Source: Amoebophrya sp. A120
Taxonomy: Eukaryota > Protista > Dinoflagellata
Length of the DNA: 64,000 bases
Direction: 5' to 3'
Assembly (NCBI GenBank): GCA_905178155.1
Contig: CAJINV010000009.1
Location: 2,457,373-2,521,372, forward strand
In this document: piece after piece, positions 13,222 through 27,076 of the stretch
Layout of the letters: each line of letters starts with the position of its first letter
Numbering within the stretch: the first letter of the stretch is position 1
The notes under the pieces: generated by a model
Seen by the model: only the letters and a program-made list of their open reading frames with translations
The model's database searches: none
What the model was told of the DNA's origin: nothing
Program-made: the position numbers and the translations under genes

Positions 13222-15528
13222 TGGCGCCTATTGCTGTTCTTTTTTCGCCCTTCCCTTCGCATTTTCTGTGGCCTTCAGGTCGGTTCATTCCCCCGCCCCT
13301 CTTCCGACCTGACTCAACATCTCGCGACCTTGGGGCAGACAAGGGCGGAGGAGTCCTCGTTTGGCCCTCTACTAGCTTTACCCCACACAGAGGGCCGCAA
13401 TGCTTGGCCCGACATTCGCACGACTTCCCCTCGGCACCGCTACGGAGCCTGCGCGTCTGTCAAAAAGCGGCGCGTCTGCTTTGAGGGTGCTTGTCGCAAA
13501 ATAGTCCTCGCGATAGTCGCTAAGCAGCACGCCGGTGGCCGGACAGCCCAGAAGGCATGCGCGCACAGCCGCGCATAGAAATTCGCGCTGCTCCCGCTGG
13601 TGCCACCGAAGGCCGCCAATTGGCACACGGAACGAGGGCGCGCGCGTCAGGGTAGAAGGGGCACAACCTGAAAAGGCCGGGGCGCCCTTGGGCCGCCCTT
13701 TCGTGCTTTTCTGCCCCGTTAGTTGCCGTCTTGTTTTCATTTGGTCGGCGTTTAGGAGCCTTTTTCTTTGCTAGGCCAATTTGTTCCTCACATCGTCATC
13801 TGCTCCTCGCATGATCAGTCTACCATGTAAAAAAGCTAGCAGCCATGGGTAAAAATATTGTTAAGCCGCAACAGAAATAATACTAGAAGGTAGAAACCTC
13901 GACGAGGTTGGACCCTATGTGGATGTAGTTGCTGTTCTTGTTTTTTAAGGGAAAAAGGTCAAAGCCTGAGTCTCCCGAAAGACGCAGGCTGCTGGCGCCG
14001 GAGGCGGTCTAGTTCTTGTCCACCGACGAGACACCATCAACAGCAATATCTTGTAAAAAAGAATTTCTTGTTGGACATCAGCAATATCTTGTAGTAATTT
14101 TATCCATATCCACGTTTCAAAATAAATCATCAGAAAGTAGCTTTTGAATAGACAATCTTTTAGAAACAATTCTACACCACGTTGCGGCGACAGCGTTTTT
14201 TTTTTCTCACAAACTTCAACTTGCGCTCCACTGGAAAATGTTGCAAGTGTTAAACATCGGAAAGAAGAGCAATCGACTTCCGAGCTTTTAGTTTTATCAT
14301 CCCGCATCCCATTCCCAAGATAACGCGCGCTAGATCATGAGCTGCGCAGTATTTTTGTGAGACAGGTGGTAGTAAAAGTAAACTGATGTCAATATGGTAC
14401 AAATCCCGACACCAAATTTTCCTATTCCAATGCCCAAAATACTAATACATTGTCATTGATAAGTAGAAACAAGACCACGACAGCATTTTCTTGAAGTTAT
14501 CCCGTGCCAAAAACAAATACGATTCCTTCTCTTTGGATTTTTGAAAAACACAAATACACCTTGAAGTTGAACTGCCGATAATTTCCATCAAACATCAAAT
14601 AAAATAAAGTACTTACTAGTAGGTACCTTTTATTTTACGAATACAGGTCCTTTGGGGATTTACTCCGACCAAAAAGTAGCGAAGAGAAACTTTTTCCATG
14701 CTAGAAAAAAAGCTCTTCTCTGTTTGGTCAGAACCTTAAAATTTCCCTTGAAAATTTCGAAAATCTGATTTCATCAGCTGATGACTATGTTCTGAATGTG
14801 TAGTGTTCTGGTCCTTGACCTATGACCTTGTAGTGAGTATGCTATCAAAGTAATTATTTTTCGTCTATGTGAAGATCAAGATGAAAACGGAAACGAAGAA
14901 GAAATGTGAATCTACTCATTTTCGCGTACTATAACGGTATCATGAACCTCATCCTTCAAATCAAAGAAGACAATCGGTATATCGTCTCGCTCCGACAGAA
15001 GCATCGGAGTTAGTAGTGAGCGATGCGGACGATGCCGCTACAGAACGGAAAAATATAAGATGAAACGTCGAGTTGATTCAGGTAGAAATATAGTATAAAA
15101 TTGATGAAACAACAACGGGAAGTAAGGAAATCAAGCCAAACGAAAGTTCAAGGTACTTAAATCGAAAAGAGTTAATTGATGTATGATGACCGTACCTACA
15201 ACTAGTATACGAGCAGTCTACCCACGATGACACCACCTGCCAAATAAGGGCGCCAGCACGTCACGCCAGAGCTGGTGAGCCTGCCCACTTGTAAAAATAA
15301 TTTGCATATAGATTTTTCGTAGCGCGGTCGAGGAGCAGCAGGTGGTGTCTACTTTTTAGCATTCGCCACTCAACTACCGTGCAAAAGTTTCAACTTCGTA
15401 AAAATCCAGACTCCAGAAGGAGAAGTTGGGATCACAGCGGTTGTCGAACTCGTTTATTTTTCCTTCACATCCCCTAGAATTTTTCGATAAAGGGAATTTT
15501 CACGACTACTTATCTTCCCGTCCGGCTC

Positions 15529-18500
15529 TCACCCGCAAGTGGAAGACGAAGAGCCGCGGTTAATACTGGCCATCTGGATGATCCCCGAGTTGGAAAAATT
15601 TTCGTTGCTGGACGGCATCGTAGTGGAAAAACTGCCCGAACTGGATGAGGAACAACCAGAAGTGCCCTGCTTGTTACAACGAACCCTGTTCTTCTTCTGC
15701 TCTTTCTTCCGGTATTTCTTGTGCACGTTCCCAATAGGTTCCCCCGTATCTTCCATGGTGCCCACCCCGCCATTAGGGTGGATATTGTTCTTCGCTTTAT
15801 TGTTTTTGCTGATGTTTGTTTTCGTGTTTGGTGTTGTTCCCATTGTAGAAGTTTTTCCACAACTACCCGACGAAATACCAGTTGCGGACCGCGAGTAGTT
15901 GTACTGCTTGTTGTCAAAACCTCCATAGTTGTGTGCGGAGGTCGCCGTGTGCTGCGAGAAGTCCTTTTTCGAAGCCAGAGTGTAGTAGGATTCGTTGTTG
16001 TTATTTCCACAAGCAGTTCCACTCTTGATGTTTCCACCGAAAACGTCCGCCGTTTCTACTTGTTCATCCGGATACAATTCGTGCAAACGCTTCTTCAGCT
16101 TCTCTTCCAAATCCATCGACCGTTGCCGCAGCATCTGTATCCTGTGCAAAAGTATCGCACTCGTAGTAATTGCAGTCATGCATTACAAATCTTTTTGTTA
16201 CGGTAAACCCGCATTACAAATTGATTTTATTTCTAACGCTGAGGAAATTTGTAATGCATTTATACGGGTACGATACTTTTGCAATGCATAATCTGCCGCT
16301 CCCACGCGATCTGTTCTTCATGATCGTAGGCAGCAGTTGTAGGAGCAGTAGGAGCAGTAGCAGCTCCTGCCGCGCTCGCGCGTTGCTGGTGCAGCTTCTT
16401 TTCCGAGAAATAAGCGGGAACATTGCCGTCAACATGAGCAGCACAAGTATACAGCTTCTTCGAATTTTTTTGCGTGGATTTTTGCAACACCGAGGAACCA
16501 TTGGGATTTGTACCACCGTGGACCGCGTAGGGGCGAACAGAGTTGTTGTACATCAGATGATCCAGATCCTGGGCCGCCAACTCGTGGCGGAAAGCTGCTG
16601 GTCGTTGATGCTGCGATGGTTCTTGATAAGCTCCGCCAGACGTAATCGTAGTCGGAGCTGTGGGAGGAGACGGAATGATTATAGCGGGCATGGGCCCGGA
16701 GGTTGTCGTGTACATGCGGCGCTGGTGTTGATCTAGTTGTTGTACTTCCGGGTTGTATTTGTACGGCGGAAACAAGGGATGAATTTGCTGCTTGTACAGG
16801 TCAGCATCATGATAGTACTGGCCGGAGGTGTAGTCGTAGCGGTTGTAGTACTGCGGATCATGATGGTCTTCAGTACTAGAGTAGCCTCCTTTATTTCCAC
16901 CATGGCAGCTCACGGCACCGATCGGAAGTGGAGAGCCTTTCATGAGGATCCCCTTCTTGTTCGAACCACCTGCTGTCCTCTGCGGTCCACCCTTGCTGCC
17001 CGCAGCAGCAGGAAACCCCGAAAACTTGTCAATACTACCCTGCTTCGCGGCAAAAATCGGCGGAGCGTTGTTATAGTTGTCCTGCGGCATCTTCTTCTTC
17101 CTCGACGGTCGGGGCGGAGTCGGCTATCCTGAGAAAAAACGTCCCCACCCCATAGTCAAGATGGGGAAGCGGCTAAACAAATCCACAAGTTTTGGCTGTT
17201 TTGCATGACAAATTTATTGGACTCGTAGTGTAGTGGTGTTTGAGGTAGATCAGCAGCATCACAGATCCAGTATAAGATGCTGATTGGAGGAGCATGACAA
17301 ATTTCAAAACGCGAATAGAAAATGTCTCTCATGGGGCTCCGCATGAGAAACATTCTCAGCATGCAGATTTGCATTACAACTCTGGGTTGGGAATGTTTTT
17401 CAATACGATATCGGCACGCGGTGCTTCATCTTCTCGTGCTGCCTCGGCGAAGCAAAATTACCACGCGGCTGCTCGGGGACGTTGTTCTCCCTGATTTTAA
17501 TTTTCATTTTCCGGTTGTCGTTTTTCAATTTCAGTCATGCTCACTTCTTCTTGCGGTTGCGAAGCAACCAAGTAAGTCTGTGATGTCCATATTTGACTAC
17601 AGGTTGTAGGAGTTACCAATCAATCTAAATCTCTTCACGGAAAACTGCGACTGAAGTAGACATTCGAGGTGAACCAACTGTATTGAACGAAGAAGAGCAA
17701 GAGTAATTTTTGAAAACTAAAACAACAAGATGAAGATGTGCAATATTATACAATCGCTCCCTGCGGGATTTCTTGTAGCCCGACCAGGTAGCGCCGGCCT
17801 CTTCTTCCGAATTGGATGTGCATGGCCACTCGATGATCTCGTTATCGGCATGATCTTCGTCGAAAATCTTGTAGTGGTTCTCGTGGGTGAAGATCTTGTC
17901 AACAGTTGTGATTTTTCCGTCACGGGCAGTACCAGTGGCAGTAGCTCCTTGCTGTTCATTCCTGTTCATCTTTCCGCCCTTGCCGACTTCTTTCATCACA
18001 CGCTGGTGCAAAGCAGTTGTATCTTCATTCTCAACGCCAGCAGGAGTGTAGTAGCATTGCTGTTCGTCTTTTCCATTCCACCCGACACCGTAGTGGGCCA
18101 TTGCCAACATCCTCACCTGATCCCCGAAATGGTAACTCTTGGAACGCGGGTTTTTGCTACCTTTTGATGTTCCCTTGCCACCTTTTGCAGTGGTCGGTTT
18201 GTTATTGTTGTCCTGAGCAGCGGCTTGTTGTTGTTGACCACTTGGATTTTTTCCCTTTCCGGCGCAAGAACTATCGTTCTTGTTACCAGAGACAGTGGGT
18301 GAAACGGAAACAGGACGACCACAAGAACCCTTCATGTTGGTCTCCGCCCAAATTTTACCGTTCGTCTTCCCGCCGGGAGAGGACACACCACCAGCACCGC
18401 CGCCACCTTTCAACATTGCGACAGGGGTCCTCGGAGAAGGACCACCGGCGGCGGCCAACAACTGCTCAACATGCATCGACTTCGAGCGTTTCTGCGGGGA

Positions 18501-21500
18501 CGGAGTTAACATAGAACTGCCAGGGTGTAGGTAAAAATTCTCGACTTTTCCTGCGAAGTAACCCTTCGTACCCGCAACGTGTTTGATCGAATGGAGGTTA
18601 TTTTCGGCGTTGTCCGCGGAGTTGTTGCTCTTTCCGCTCGCCGTCGTGCAGCCGAGAGAGTCAGGAGTGGAACCATTGACGGGGGAATAAACGGAGACAG
18701 CGGCTGTACTAGTTGCGGGGTAGTTGCTGTTGCAGCCCTTATTGCCGGAGAATGGTAAGGGCGCATGAAGATTTTTATACCCTCGAGTAGGCGTAGCACC
18801 AGGAGCCGGGCAGATGTTGAAATTGTACTGCTCTTGTTCAAACCCGTTAATCATGTTTGTTCCGCAGTAGCTTTTGCTCCGAATGTGTCCACCCGCGGCG
18901 CCCCGCGGCGGCGTTTTCTTGTGTAGTCCCTCCATGTAAATTTCCATCGACCAGGTCGGACTTCTTTCGTCGTTGTTCTCCCCGATCACACAGGCAAGCT
19001 GGTTCTTCACGCTCATCTGCGGCTGTTGCGCTTCCAGGCCCGGTGGCGGCTCGATAACGGACGGGGTAGTGGTTTCGGAGGATCGGACTGTGGAAGTGGA
19101 ACTGTGTTTGCGGTCGTGGTGGGTGATGTTCTTGACGACTTTATTCGTCTGGTTCTTTTGTTCAACCACACGGGACGTCGACGTCGTGGTTTTTTTATTG
19201 GTCTTTGCGGTCGTAGCACTACTCGTTGCGATGTTGATGTTCCTTCCCGCCCGTACTTGTTGCGAATGATCCTCTTGAGCAGGAGCAGACGCAGTAGTCG
19301 CGCCGCGCCTGGCGGCCATATCGTTGTACATGATCCCGCGGCCGCCCTTATTCGACGCAGCTCCTTCACCAGCGCCGCGCTTGTTGTTCGGCAAGACAGC
19401 TCCAGCAGCAGCCCCTTGTTTTGCAGAAGGAGCAGCCTCTTTCATCATGATGCTTTGTCCACCAGCTCCGGGAGAGGTGCCGATTCGTGTCAAAACCAAC
19501 GGGCAGGGGTGGTGGTAGTCGTAGGCGGCCGGCGTCTATCCACAGAAAAAAACCCATCCACCACATCCAATTTGTCATGCAAAACACGTATAAAGTCATG
19601 TCTTTGTCATGCAAAAAATGATTGTGGATGTGTTTTTTTCTGTGGATAGGGTCAAAAAGGTCGAAGTGTCCGTCTTTATGTTGGCGGAAGAGGTTTTATA
19701 ATTTTTGAAAGGAGCAGAAGATGGCACTTGCTCGACGTTCACAGAATTCTTGTTGCCCTGCTTGTTCTTGTTCACCATGTTGTTCTTTTTCTCCGAAATA
19801 GGATGACTAGTCCTCGTAGTTGTACTTTCATCACAAACTGCAACGTGAAGATCCTCCTCGCTTTCCGTATAATATTTACCGGTGTAGTTGATCCCAGCGC
19901 CTTTCAAATTCAACGTCAGCTCGTTGCTCCGTTTCTTCACGCCAACAACATCGCCTCCGGAAATGTTGGATATTAACTGTTCTTCGCGACCAGCAGTAGA
20001 CGATCGCTCCTCTCGTTCTTCAAAACAGGAAGCGGAGCTCTGTTTCGTCTTGGCCAAAAGCGTGAGCGGAGAAAGTTGACTCGTCCTGGCAGAGTCCAAA
20101 CCGGAAGAGGAAGAAACGCGACCGGTGGAACTAGCTCCGTAGTTGGTTCCAAGCGCAATTATGGCTGGTGGATACGAAGAGGACTCCTCGCTCTTCGTCG
20201 AAACCACCCCGGAATCCCGCTTCGCTTTCAAACTTCCCTCGATGAACTGTTTTTCCTCTTTATGCAGGAAAAAAACTGCGCAAGTGTAAATCTGTGATGC
20301 AGAAAATGCCAAACAGTTACACTTGTCATGCTCGACACACATCACGCATGACCGGCTCGCTTCCTATGTGTTTTCCCTTTGTAGTATCTGCGCATAACAA
20401 GTTTGTCCTGTCATGGCAGACGAACTTGTGATGCTGTTTTCCCAAAAGACTTACACTAACACAGTTTTTTTCTTGGATACTCTTTATCCAGGTCCGCAAT
20501 CACGTCGAAAATGCCCTGAATCCGCTGCATCGCTAATTTTTCCTCTTGCTCCAGGAGCTTTTCCTGTTCTTCTTTATCTTTGTCCACAGTATTGGTTGAT
20601 GCCGTGGTAGAAGTAGAACAAGAGGCGGTGCTGGAGCTGTTGTCTTTGTTCACTTTAATATCGTCCTTGCCTTCCCCATGATGTTTCGCCTGTTTCATCC
20701 CTAAGCTCTTACTCGTGCTCTCGCCCTTAAAAGTATTCGACGCAGCCTGCTGTCTGAGAACTTTTCGTTTCCGCGCCGCATAGTCGTTCGCCGCTAACAG
20801 ATCGTCCAGCAAGGCTCGTGCGCGCTCCTGCTTTGCCCTTAGTTGCCGTAGCCGGTGCATGCGCTGGTCCGGGGAGAGAGAGCCCGGCTCTGGGGATTGT
20901 GCGATGAACGACTGCGCGTCTTTGGAGATGTTGCTGACAAGCGTTTCCTGCTTCTCCTTCGAAGTGGAGAGGCTAAGGAGGTACTCCTGATTCTGGACTT
21001 GGGCTTGGTCTACTTGGTCGCCGGCGGGGGCAGCTGCAGCAGTAGAACCCTTGCTCAACATCTTTGGGTTGCTGGTCGGCTGAGCGGAAGTGCTGCGGCC
21101 GCGACTGTCACTGTTCAGATTCAAGCTCAGCTGCAAAAACTGGTCATTGTTCATCATTCCTTTCGCACCTCCGCCCTTCTTCGAGGACCCGGGCCCCTTG
21201 GCTTTGCCGTTGCCACCCTTGACCATGTTGAATTGCTGCTGCATGATGATCTTCTCGTCTGCGACTGCATTTTTATGTCCACCTTTCGAGTAGTTTGTGC
21301 CCGGTCCTTGTAGTTGTCCACCAGCAGCAGCAGCAGTTTCTCCTTTGCCATCAGCAAGAACGCGCTCGTAGTTAATGTCCGGCCCGTCTGCATCCACCAT
21401 CGGTAAAGAATTCTGGTTCTTGTTGTTCCCCTTTGTTGTTCCACCTCCAGAGGCAGGAACGAGACGACCCTTCATTTCCGCAACATTCATTGCTTCTTTC

Positions 21501-23824
21501 GCTTTCCCCAACGCGAGGACCTGCAGTTGTGTAATTGCGCTATGTTGAGGTGGTCCTTCTTCTACAGCAGTTCCATGTCGCGGCGTGTTCCGCGCAGTTT
21601 CCATCAAGTCCATGAAATCCCGCGGCGACCGGATCTTCTCGTGTCGGGAAATAATCTCGTTATCAAATGCAAATACGTCTGGGTCCGGAAGGATGCAAGG
21701 TTTGCCATGCACATTTTGCATGACCCCTGATGTCTGTAATGCATGCTCTAGCATCACAGATTTTGTGAGGGCTTCCTGATGCCTATACCGCATGAGAAAT
21801 GCCCTCTCGCTGTGGCGAAAACTGGACCTCGTTTGCCGCTCATGCAATACAGATTTTTGCAGAATCCAAATTCAGCATCACAAGTTGCATCCTTCCAGAC
21901 CCAGACATATTTGCAATGCATACTCGTTTAACTTTTCCAATTCCGCCTGCGTTTTCGGAATGGTGACAATTCCGTAGATCTGCTTAAACACGTTGTCCAC
22001 CTTGTGCAGATACCGGCAGAACCGTCCGTAAATACACCGCGCGTTCGGCCCGTGGAAAAAAACGCACAACCGCTGCCGCGGCGCCGGCGACTCCCGTAAA
22101 TCCTGCACGCAGTGCGCGTAGGGGCAGTAGGGGATGTTGGGGCACTTGCCGTCCTTCAGGAAGATCTTGCAGAAGGAAGTCCGCTCAAAATCCGGTAACC
22201 GCTTAATCTCGTCGGGGGAGTGCGCGTAGTTGCAGTCTTTCCCATACCGGCACACGCCGAACAGTTCGAATTTGCACACTTTTGTTTTCGTGTACAGTGT
22301 CGTTCTCCGGGAATAGACTAACTTCAGCTCCGCGGCGGTTAGGCGCGTGGTCTTGGGGCGGTTGGGGTTCATGTCATCTTCAAGGTCTTCAAGAATTTCT
22401 TGCGATGATCCTTGCTGTTTGGCAGTTTGGTGTTCGTTTTCAGTGTCATTTTCATCTGGATCTTCACCAGTCGGGATGCTGGAGTTGGTTTTGGTGTTCA
22501 CATTTTTTGCCGGAGAAGTTGTAGGTGGTACCCGTTGTAACTTCCCGGGCGATGCGCTCTTGTTCGTGCTTTCCAGCTTGTCGGCGACCATCTGTTCCAG
22601 ATCCAACTTGTACAATTCCGCGATGGCGGCATTGTTTGCCTCGTCCTCCTCGACCGAAATGCACTCCTGCGGGGTTTCGCAGATCAGATCGTCGTCGTCG
22701 TCGGTGAATTTGTTCACGACATGATCCGTGTTCATCAGCTGGTGAGAAGATGAGCCAGCAACTAAAACTCCAGCTTCGACGTCCGTGGTGTTCTTCTTCG
22801 ACTTCACGTCCTCGTTATGATCCCCAGTCGTGGTGGCTTTCTTGTTAAAAAGCATGTCGTCCAAATCCAGCGTCACAATGGACGACCCTAGTACTTCTTT
22901 CGCGCGGACGAGTTGTAGTCCCTGATGGCTCGAGGACTTGGTCGTGGTCTTGTAGTCCAGCTGCTCCGGCGAAATGTAGTTGTCGGACAGCACGCTCAGC
23001 TTGACGTCGTTCCCTTCCTCGCCTTGCTTGCTCGCGACGACTTCGAGCCCCGGTGGCGGAGACACAGACGAAGATAACGGCTGCTCGGAGGTCATCACGT
23101 TCACCGGGCCGATGTTGTCCACGACCTGATCTTCTTCGAGGAGATCGTAGGACGACCGGGTCGAAGAGTTCTTGTTCTCCCCGGCGGACGAGCAAATCCG
23201 GTCTGACGCCGGCTCTTGTTTCTTGTTGCCAACAAAAACCCCCGCAGTGGCGGAAGTCAACGAAGACGACCCGGAAGTACAAGAGTCGAAGGACCCGCCG
23301 CTGCCACCCGCAGTAGTTCTTCGCGAGGAAAAGGGACGGACCTGGCCAGGTACTTGTCCTTGTCCTTGTCCCTGTTCTGTGGGACTCGACGGCGGAATTG
23401 TGGTCATCGGGGTGGTCGGGGCTCCTGCGAGGAGAACATCGTCTGAACAGTTGTTGAAAAGCAGATCGATTTTCCGGGGCGGAGGTGGCCCCACGTCGCA
23501 GGTGTTCTCGAGATGAAGATGATGTTCGCGGCTCTTCTTGCTCATCATCACCTCCATCGGGGTCCTCGTCGGAGAGAACCGCTGTTCTACTTCGTTGGGC
23601 GGATCAGGATCATGATCGCGGTCGTGACGCTCCTGCTCCCCTTGTCCCGGCGCCGTGTTGTTGGTCAACATCTTCTTTCCGGCCGCCGAGTCAATGTTGG
23701 AGGTCTCCAGAGATGAGAGGGCAAGAATCGCGTTCTTCTTCTTAGTCGTGCTGGTGCTGATGTTCTCGCTCTCAAGATTAGAAGCCATGATGATCTGTTT
23801 GTTCTCCTGGTGACTACTGGACAT
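15529..23824 (-). CDS. Large low-complexity protein with three tandem CCCH zinc fingers (TIS11-like RNA-binding), 7 exons, 2325 aa as modelled
   Basis: KTKVC-x7-C-x5-C-x3-H, RTSFC...CPYAH, RLC...CRYLH. Exons 23824-21923, 21655-20480, 20255-19649, 19531-17752, 17490-17411, 17119-16291, 16132-15529 total 6978 nt, in frame, joining six separate ORFs. Start codon uncertain. Confidence 0.88.
16138..16290. mobile_element. TIR introner, family C
   Basis: DR atctg/atctg; tatcctgtgcaaaagtatcg ... cgatacttttgcaatgcata; join gives WERQMLRQ. Confidence 0.93.
17125..17410. mobile_element. TIR introner, family E
   Basis: DR tcggc/tcggc; interior similar to 60445-60723; join gives HRVPTPPRP. Confidence 0.9.
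17491..17751 (-). other. Probable canonical GT-AG intron (GTATAA...TCAG)
   Basis: Joins the frames (RERLENNVP) and bypasses stop codons. Confidence 0.7.
19537..19648. mobile_element. TIR introner, family D
   Basis: DR gcgtc/gggtc; TIR tatccacagaaaaaaac; join gives FLTPAAYD. Confidence 0.92.
20261..20479. mobile_element. TIR introner, family A, inverted relative to 6503-6718
   Basis: DR ctctt/ctctt; join gives DLDKEEKQF. Confidence 0.93.
21661..21922. mobile_element. TIR introner, family B, inverted relative to 7161-7424
   Basis: DR ctcgt/ctcgt; join gives KLNEIISR. Confidence 0.93.
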
Positions 23825-26813
23825 CTTATTCACAGTAAACTGCGAATAAGGAAACTACACCTGATGATGGTGGTTCTGGTTGTTCCCTTGTGGAAGTTGT
23901 GATACAGGAAATTTTATTCTTGTTTCTTTTTCCTCACGGGTATTACTTTCGATCTTCTTTTTCTTCTTTCAGACGGCAAAATGCTGGACGTGTTCGATAG
24001 CGCGCCCGGCAGGTGCTCGGGTGGCGGTGCTTGTGCTTGACGTGCGTGGACGATGATGTCTTTCCTAGTTCTCTTCAAATTCAATTACAGCCAGGAGGTC
24101 ATCAATTTAGTATTCTTTTAGGAATCTGATTTTTTCGGAACTACCTAAACTGACAACGGAACCGACAGCCGCCATACCGTGGCGATTCGCCTACAGTTCT
24201 TGTTCGTTTCGTTTGCTTTTTTGTTTTTTGTTTTCTTCTTCTTTTTCTATTTCTTATTCTTTCTCGATCTAAAATAGATAGAGATCTCGTTTTCTCTTTT
24301 CTCTCTCTTCCTAGGGGGGACAAAAATTGCGGGATTTGCGCCCGTTCAATGGCCGCAGCCCCGCCGACCGTTCGTTCTTGTCTGTCCCCCCACCTGTGCG
24401 CCCCGCCGGTCAGCCAAATGGTCCTTCGTTTCCATTGTCCTGCCTGTAAGGCAGCGTCCGAAGCCGCGCCCGGCAAAAGACGAAAAGCCGAGCACACCAA
24501 GGCTCCCGGCTTGTCCTGGGTTTTTTTCCTCGTGCCTGGGGTTTTTGGTAATTCATTGCCGGCCATTTGCAGAGGCCGCGCAACCACCTCCACAATGTGG
24601 AGATGGCTGCGCGGCCTCGGCAAAGAAAATTTTTGGACGATGTTGGTACTACACGACCAGGGGGGTAAAACGATCAACCGCCCTCACCGGGTAGTCCCTC
24701 CGATCGCGTGGGGGGCTTGAAATCGTTCTAGGATTCCCATGAAGCGCCGGTCCTTATATGTGGGGCGCTGTGATACCGTTTTCGATCATCCTCCCCCTGC
24801 CCCTATCGTTTCCCTTTCATGTGGATAGGAATTGAGCATTTGCCGAGCTGGGTGGTGGTTCTGTCCCAACAAAAGTCGAGGCAATTTCCGCGAGGTGTCT
24901 GAGGAGTCAGATCGCCCGGCTCCATCCGAGTGAAATTGAGGCCGTTGGCGTTGGCGCTCAGACTAGTTCTCCTGCTCTCTGTCTGATGACAGACTACGTA
25001 CCCACTGCAAGTATTTCCGTCTCTAGGAGACCAGGCAAAGAGCGTGAGTTGCAACGAACCAAAAGCCGGCGCCCTTGCTCTGTGGGTGTCTCGGCTCACG
25101 CGCTTCCTTTCGCAGACAGCGTCTCTTCGTAACTAAACCGATTCGATGGATCGCCCTCCCTCGCAAGCTCTGTCTCACCTGTGTGGGAGCCATGCGCACA
25201 GAGGCCGTCTTTCTACTTCTAGGCGCTAGCTGGAGCTTCCGGGGGTGTTCCGTGTTTCCATTTCCGCACCTATTTACTGCTTCGGGTTCCGTTTTCAGTC
25301 TGGGCCCTTTTTTTTTAAAAAAACACGATAACATGCGGGGAAGGATCCAAGGGTCGCGAAGAAGTTCCGTTGTCAGTTTAGACAGTTCCAAAAAAAGCCA
25401 TATCCATTCTTTTATCTTCTTTAGATTTCGGTGACACAATTTTCGAAACATACAAATAAGCTTGAGGGTACAACTATTCTTGTCCGTCTTGCTTATCTTC
25501 CGGTAAGATTTTTTACCGTACAAAAGTTTCAGAAAGCACTTTATGTGCTATAAGTTGAATAGCAGCTCCAGAGGAAGCACAAAAACCCTAAAGAAAGCTT
25601 TTTCTCTTTCTCACAGTGATGTGTTCTCCTACTAGTTCAGCTAAACAGGTTTTTTTTCGGAATTTCAATTTCAGTCTTCGTTACAGTTGGAGCTAGAAGA
25701 TGATACGCTCTTGGTCTTCTACGTACTATCGCTTGATGACGGTAGTTCTAGTTCTAGTTCCTCTCAGGTGGGCAGATAGATTGATGGTGTAGACGAGATT
25801 TTGTTTGCTGCTGCGGCGGTAGATGGGGCTAGCTCTTCTGGCTGGCCTGCTTCTCTTGGTGGATCTGGAACCTCAATGGACTGCTTGCTAGTGCTGTGTT
25901 TATTGTCACTGCTTGTCTCGTGACGGCAGCTCTAGTGCTCTTTAAAAAAAAAAAAACTTTTTGATTTTATTGACACTGCTCGCCTGGCAGTGGCCTTGTT
26001 GCTTTAAGATATGGTTAGTATCGATGAGATGACGTTTGTGTTTCGTATTGACAAAAAAAAGAGGCACATTCAATTTCAAGGTTCGAAAAAAAGATAAAAT
26101 AAGTGGTACTATGTGGTAAGACAAATGATAATGAAGCTGCTTCGCGTGAAAATTACGGATGATCCTAAATATGATTGAGTGCCACACGGAAATGAAATGA
26201 CGATGATGACGATCGGATTCTACACGACGTTCTCCTGCTCTGTTGATGGGGTCGCAAATACAACAAAAGTAACACGTGTCTTCGCTTGTGAATAAATACA
26301 AAAGCTCTTTAATATTTCTGAGCTACAGAAGCAGGACGCGGTCGCGATAGAACTTCTAGAGGTATGAGTATGGAAAAAGAAAAATCAGGACGAGGAAAGG
26401 TTATTGTTATCTCTAAAGTAATTTCTATGAAAAATTCTACACGATGTGAAAAAACTTGGAGAAAGCTCCACCTCGCTGGTGTCCAACACCAGGTTTGACT
26501 GGGGTACAACTATGTATTGATTCTTGGGTGTTGCCCTTTGACGCCTTAGTTGTTGGTACCTTAGTGCTGCGCAAGGCTACTTGCAGCTTCTCGCAGTGAT
26601 CACAGCTTTAAGTTTAACTTTATTATCAGAATAAATTCAACAAGGGGCCATTAACTGTGTTACGCTACTAGTAGGCTTGTACAACCAATAAATGGTGGTA
26701 GTACAGCAGCGCCGTCAGCGTTACAACAATTGATATGGCTTCAGAAAAAATTCTGGGATTTTTTTACGTTGGTTATTCCTCTGAACAACGGGTCTGCTAT
26801 ATCTTAACCCCGA

Positions 26814-27076
26814 TATGAACTGCAAATATCCCTGGATGTCTGGAAGAGTGTAAACTTGTCATGCAGGTTTTTCATGACCCATGAGGTCTGGAATGCGGAA
26901 CCTAGCATGACAGACTCTGTGAGGTCTCTGCCATGCCCATCCAGCATGAGAAACTCCCTGCCAACGTGGTCGAAAGTGGACAGCTTTTGGCACTCATGCA
27001 GCACAGATTTCTGCATGGTTCGGATTTAGCATGACAAGTTGCAATCTTCCAGACCCAGACATTTTTGCAATCCATA
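26814..27076. mobile_element. Family B element in non-coding or decayed sequence
   Basis: DR cccga/cccga; family B TIRs; no long host ORF on removal. Confidence 0.88.

Larger units (their letters stand above)
12353..13782. mobile_element. 1.43-kb probable insertion flanked by a ~42-bp direct repeat
   Basis: 12311-12352 is nearly identical to 13783-13827 (one substitution, one 3-nt indel). The interior is a motif array plus a GC-rich foldback. Confidence 0.6.

Noticed and set aside
10420-15400. Stop-codon reassignment to explain coding-like stretches with stops (reported in one Amoebophrya strain)
   Set aside because: All conserved genes here are stop-free under the standard code once introns are removed and end at normal stops; this region could not be modelled and may be UTR or decayed
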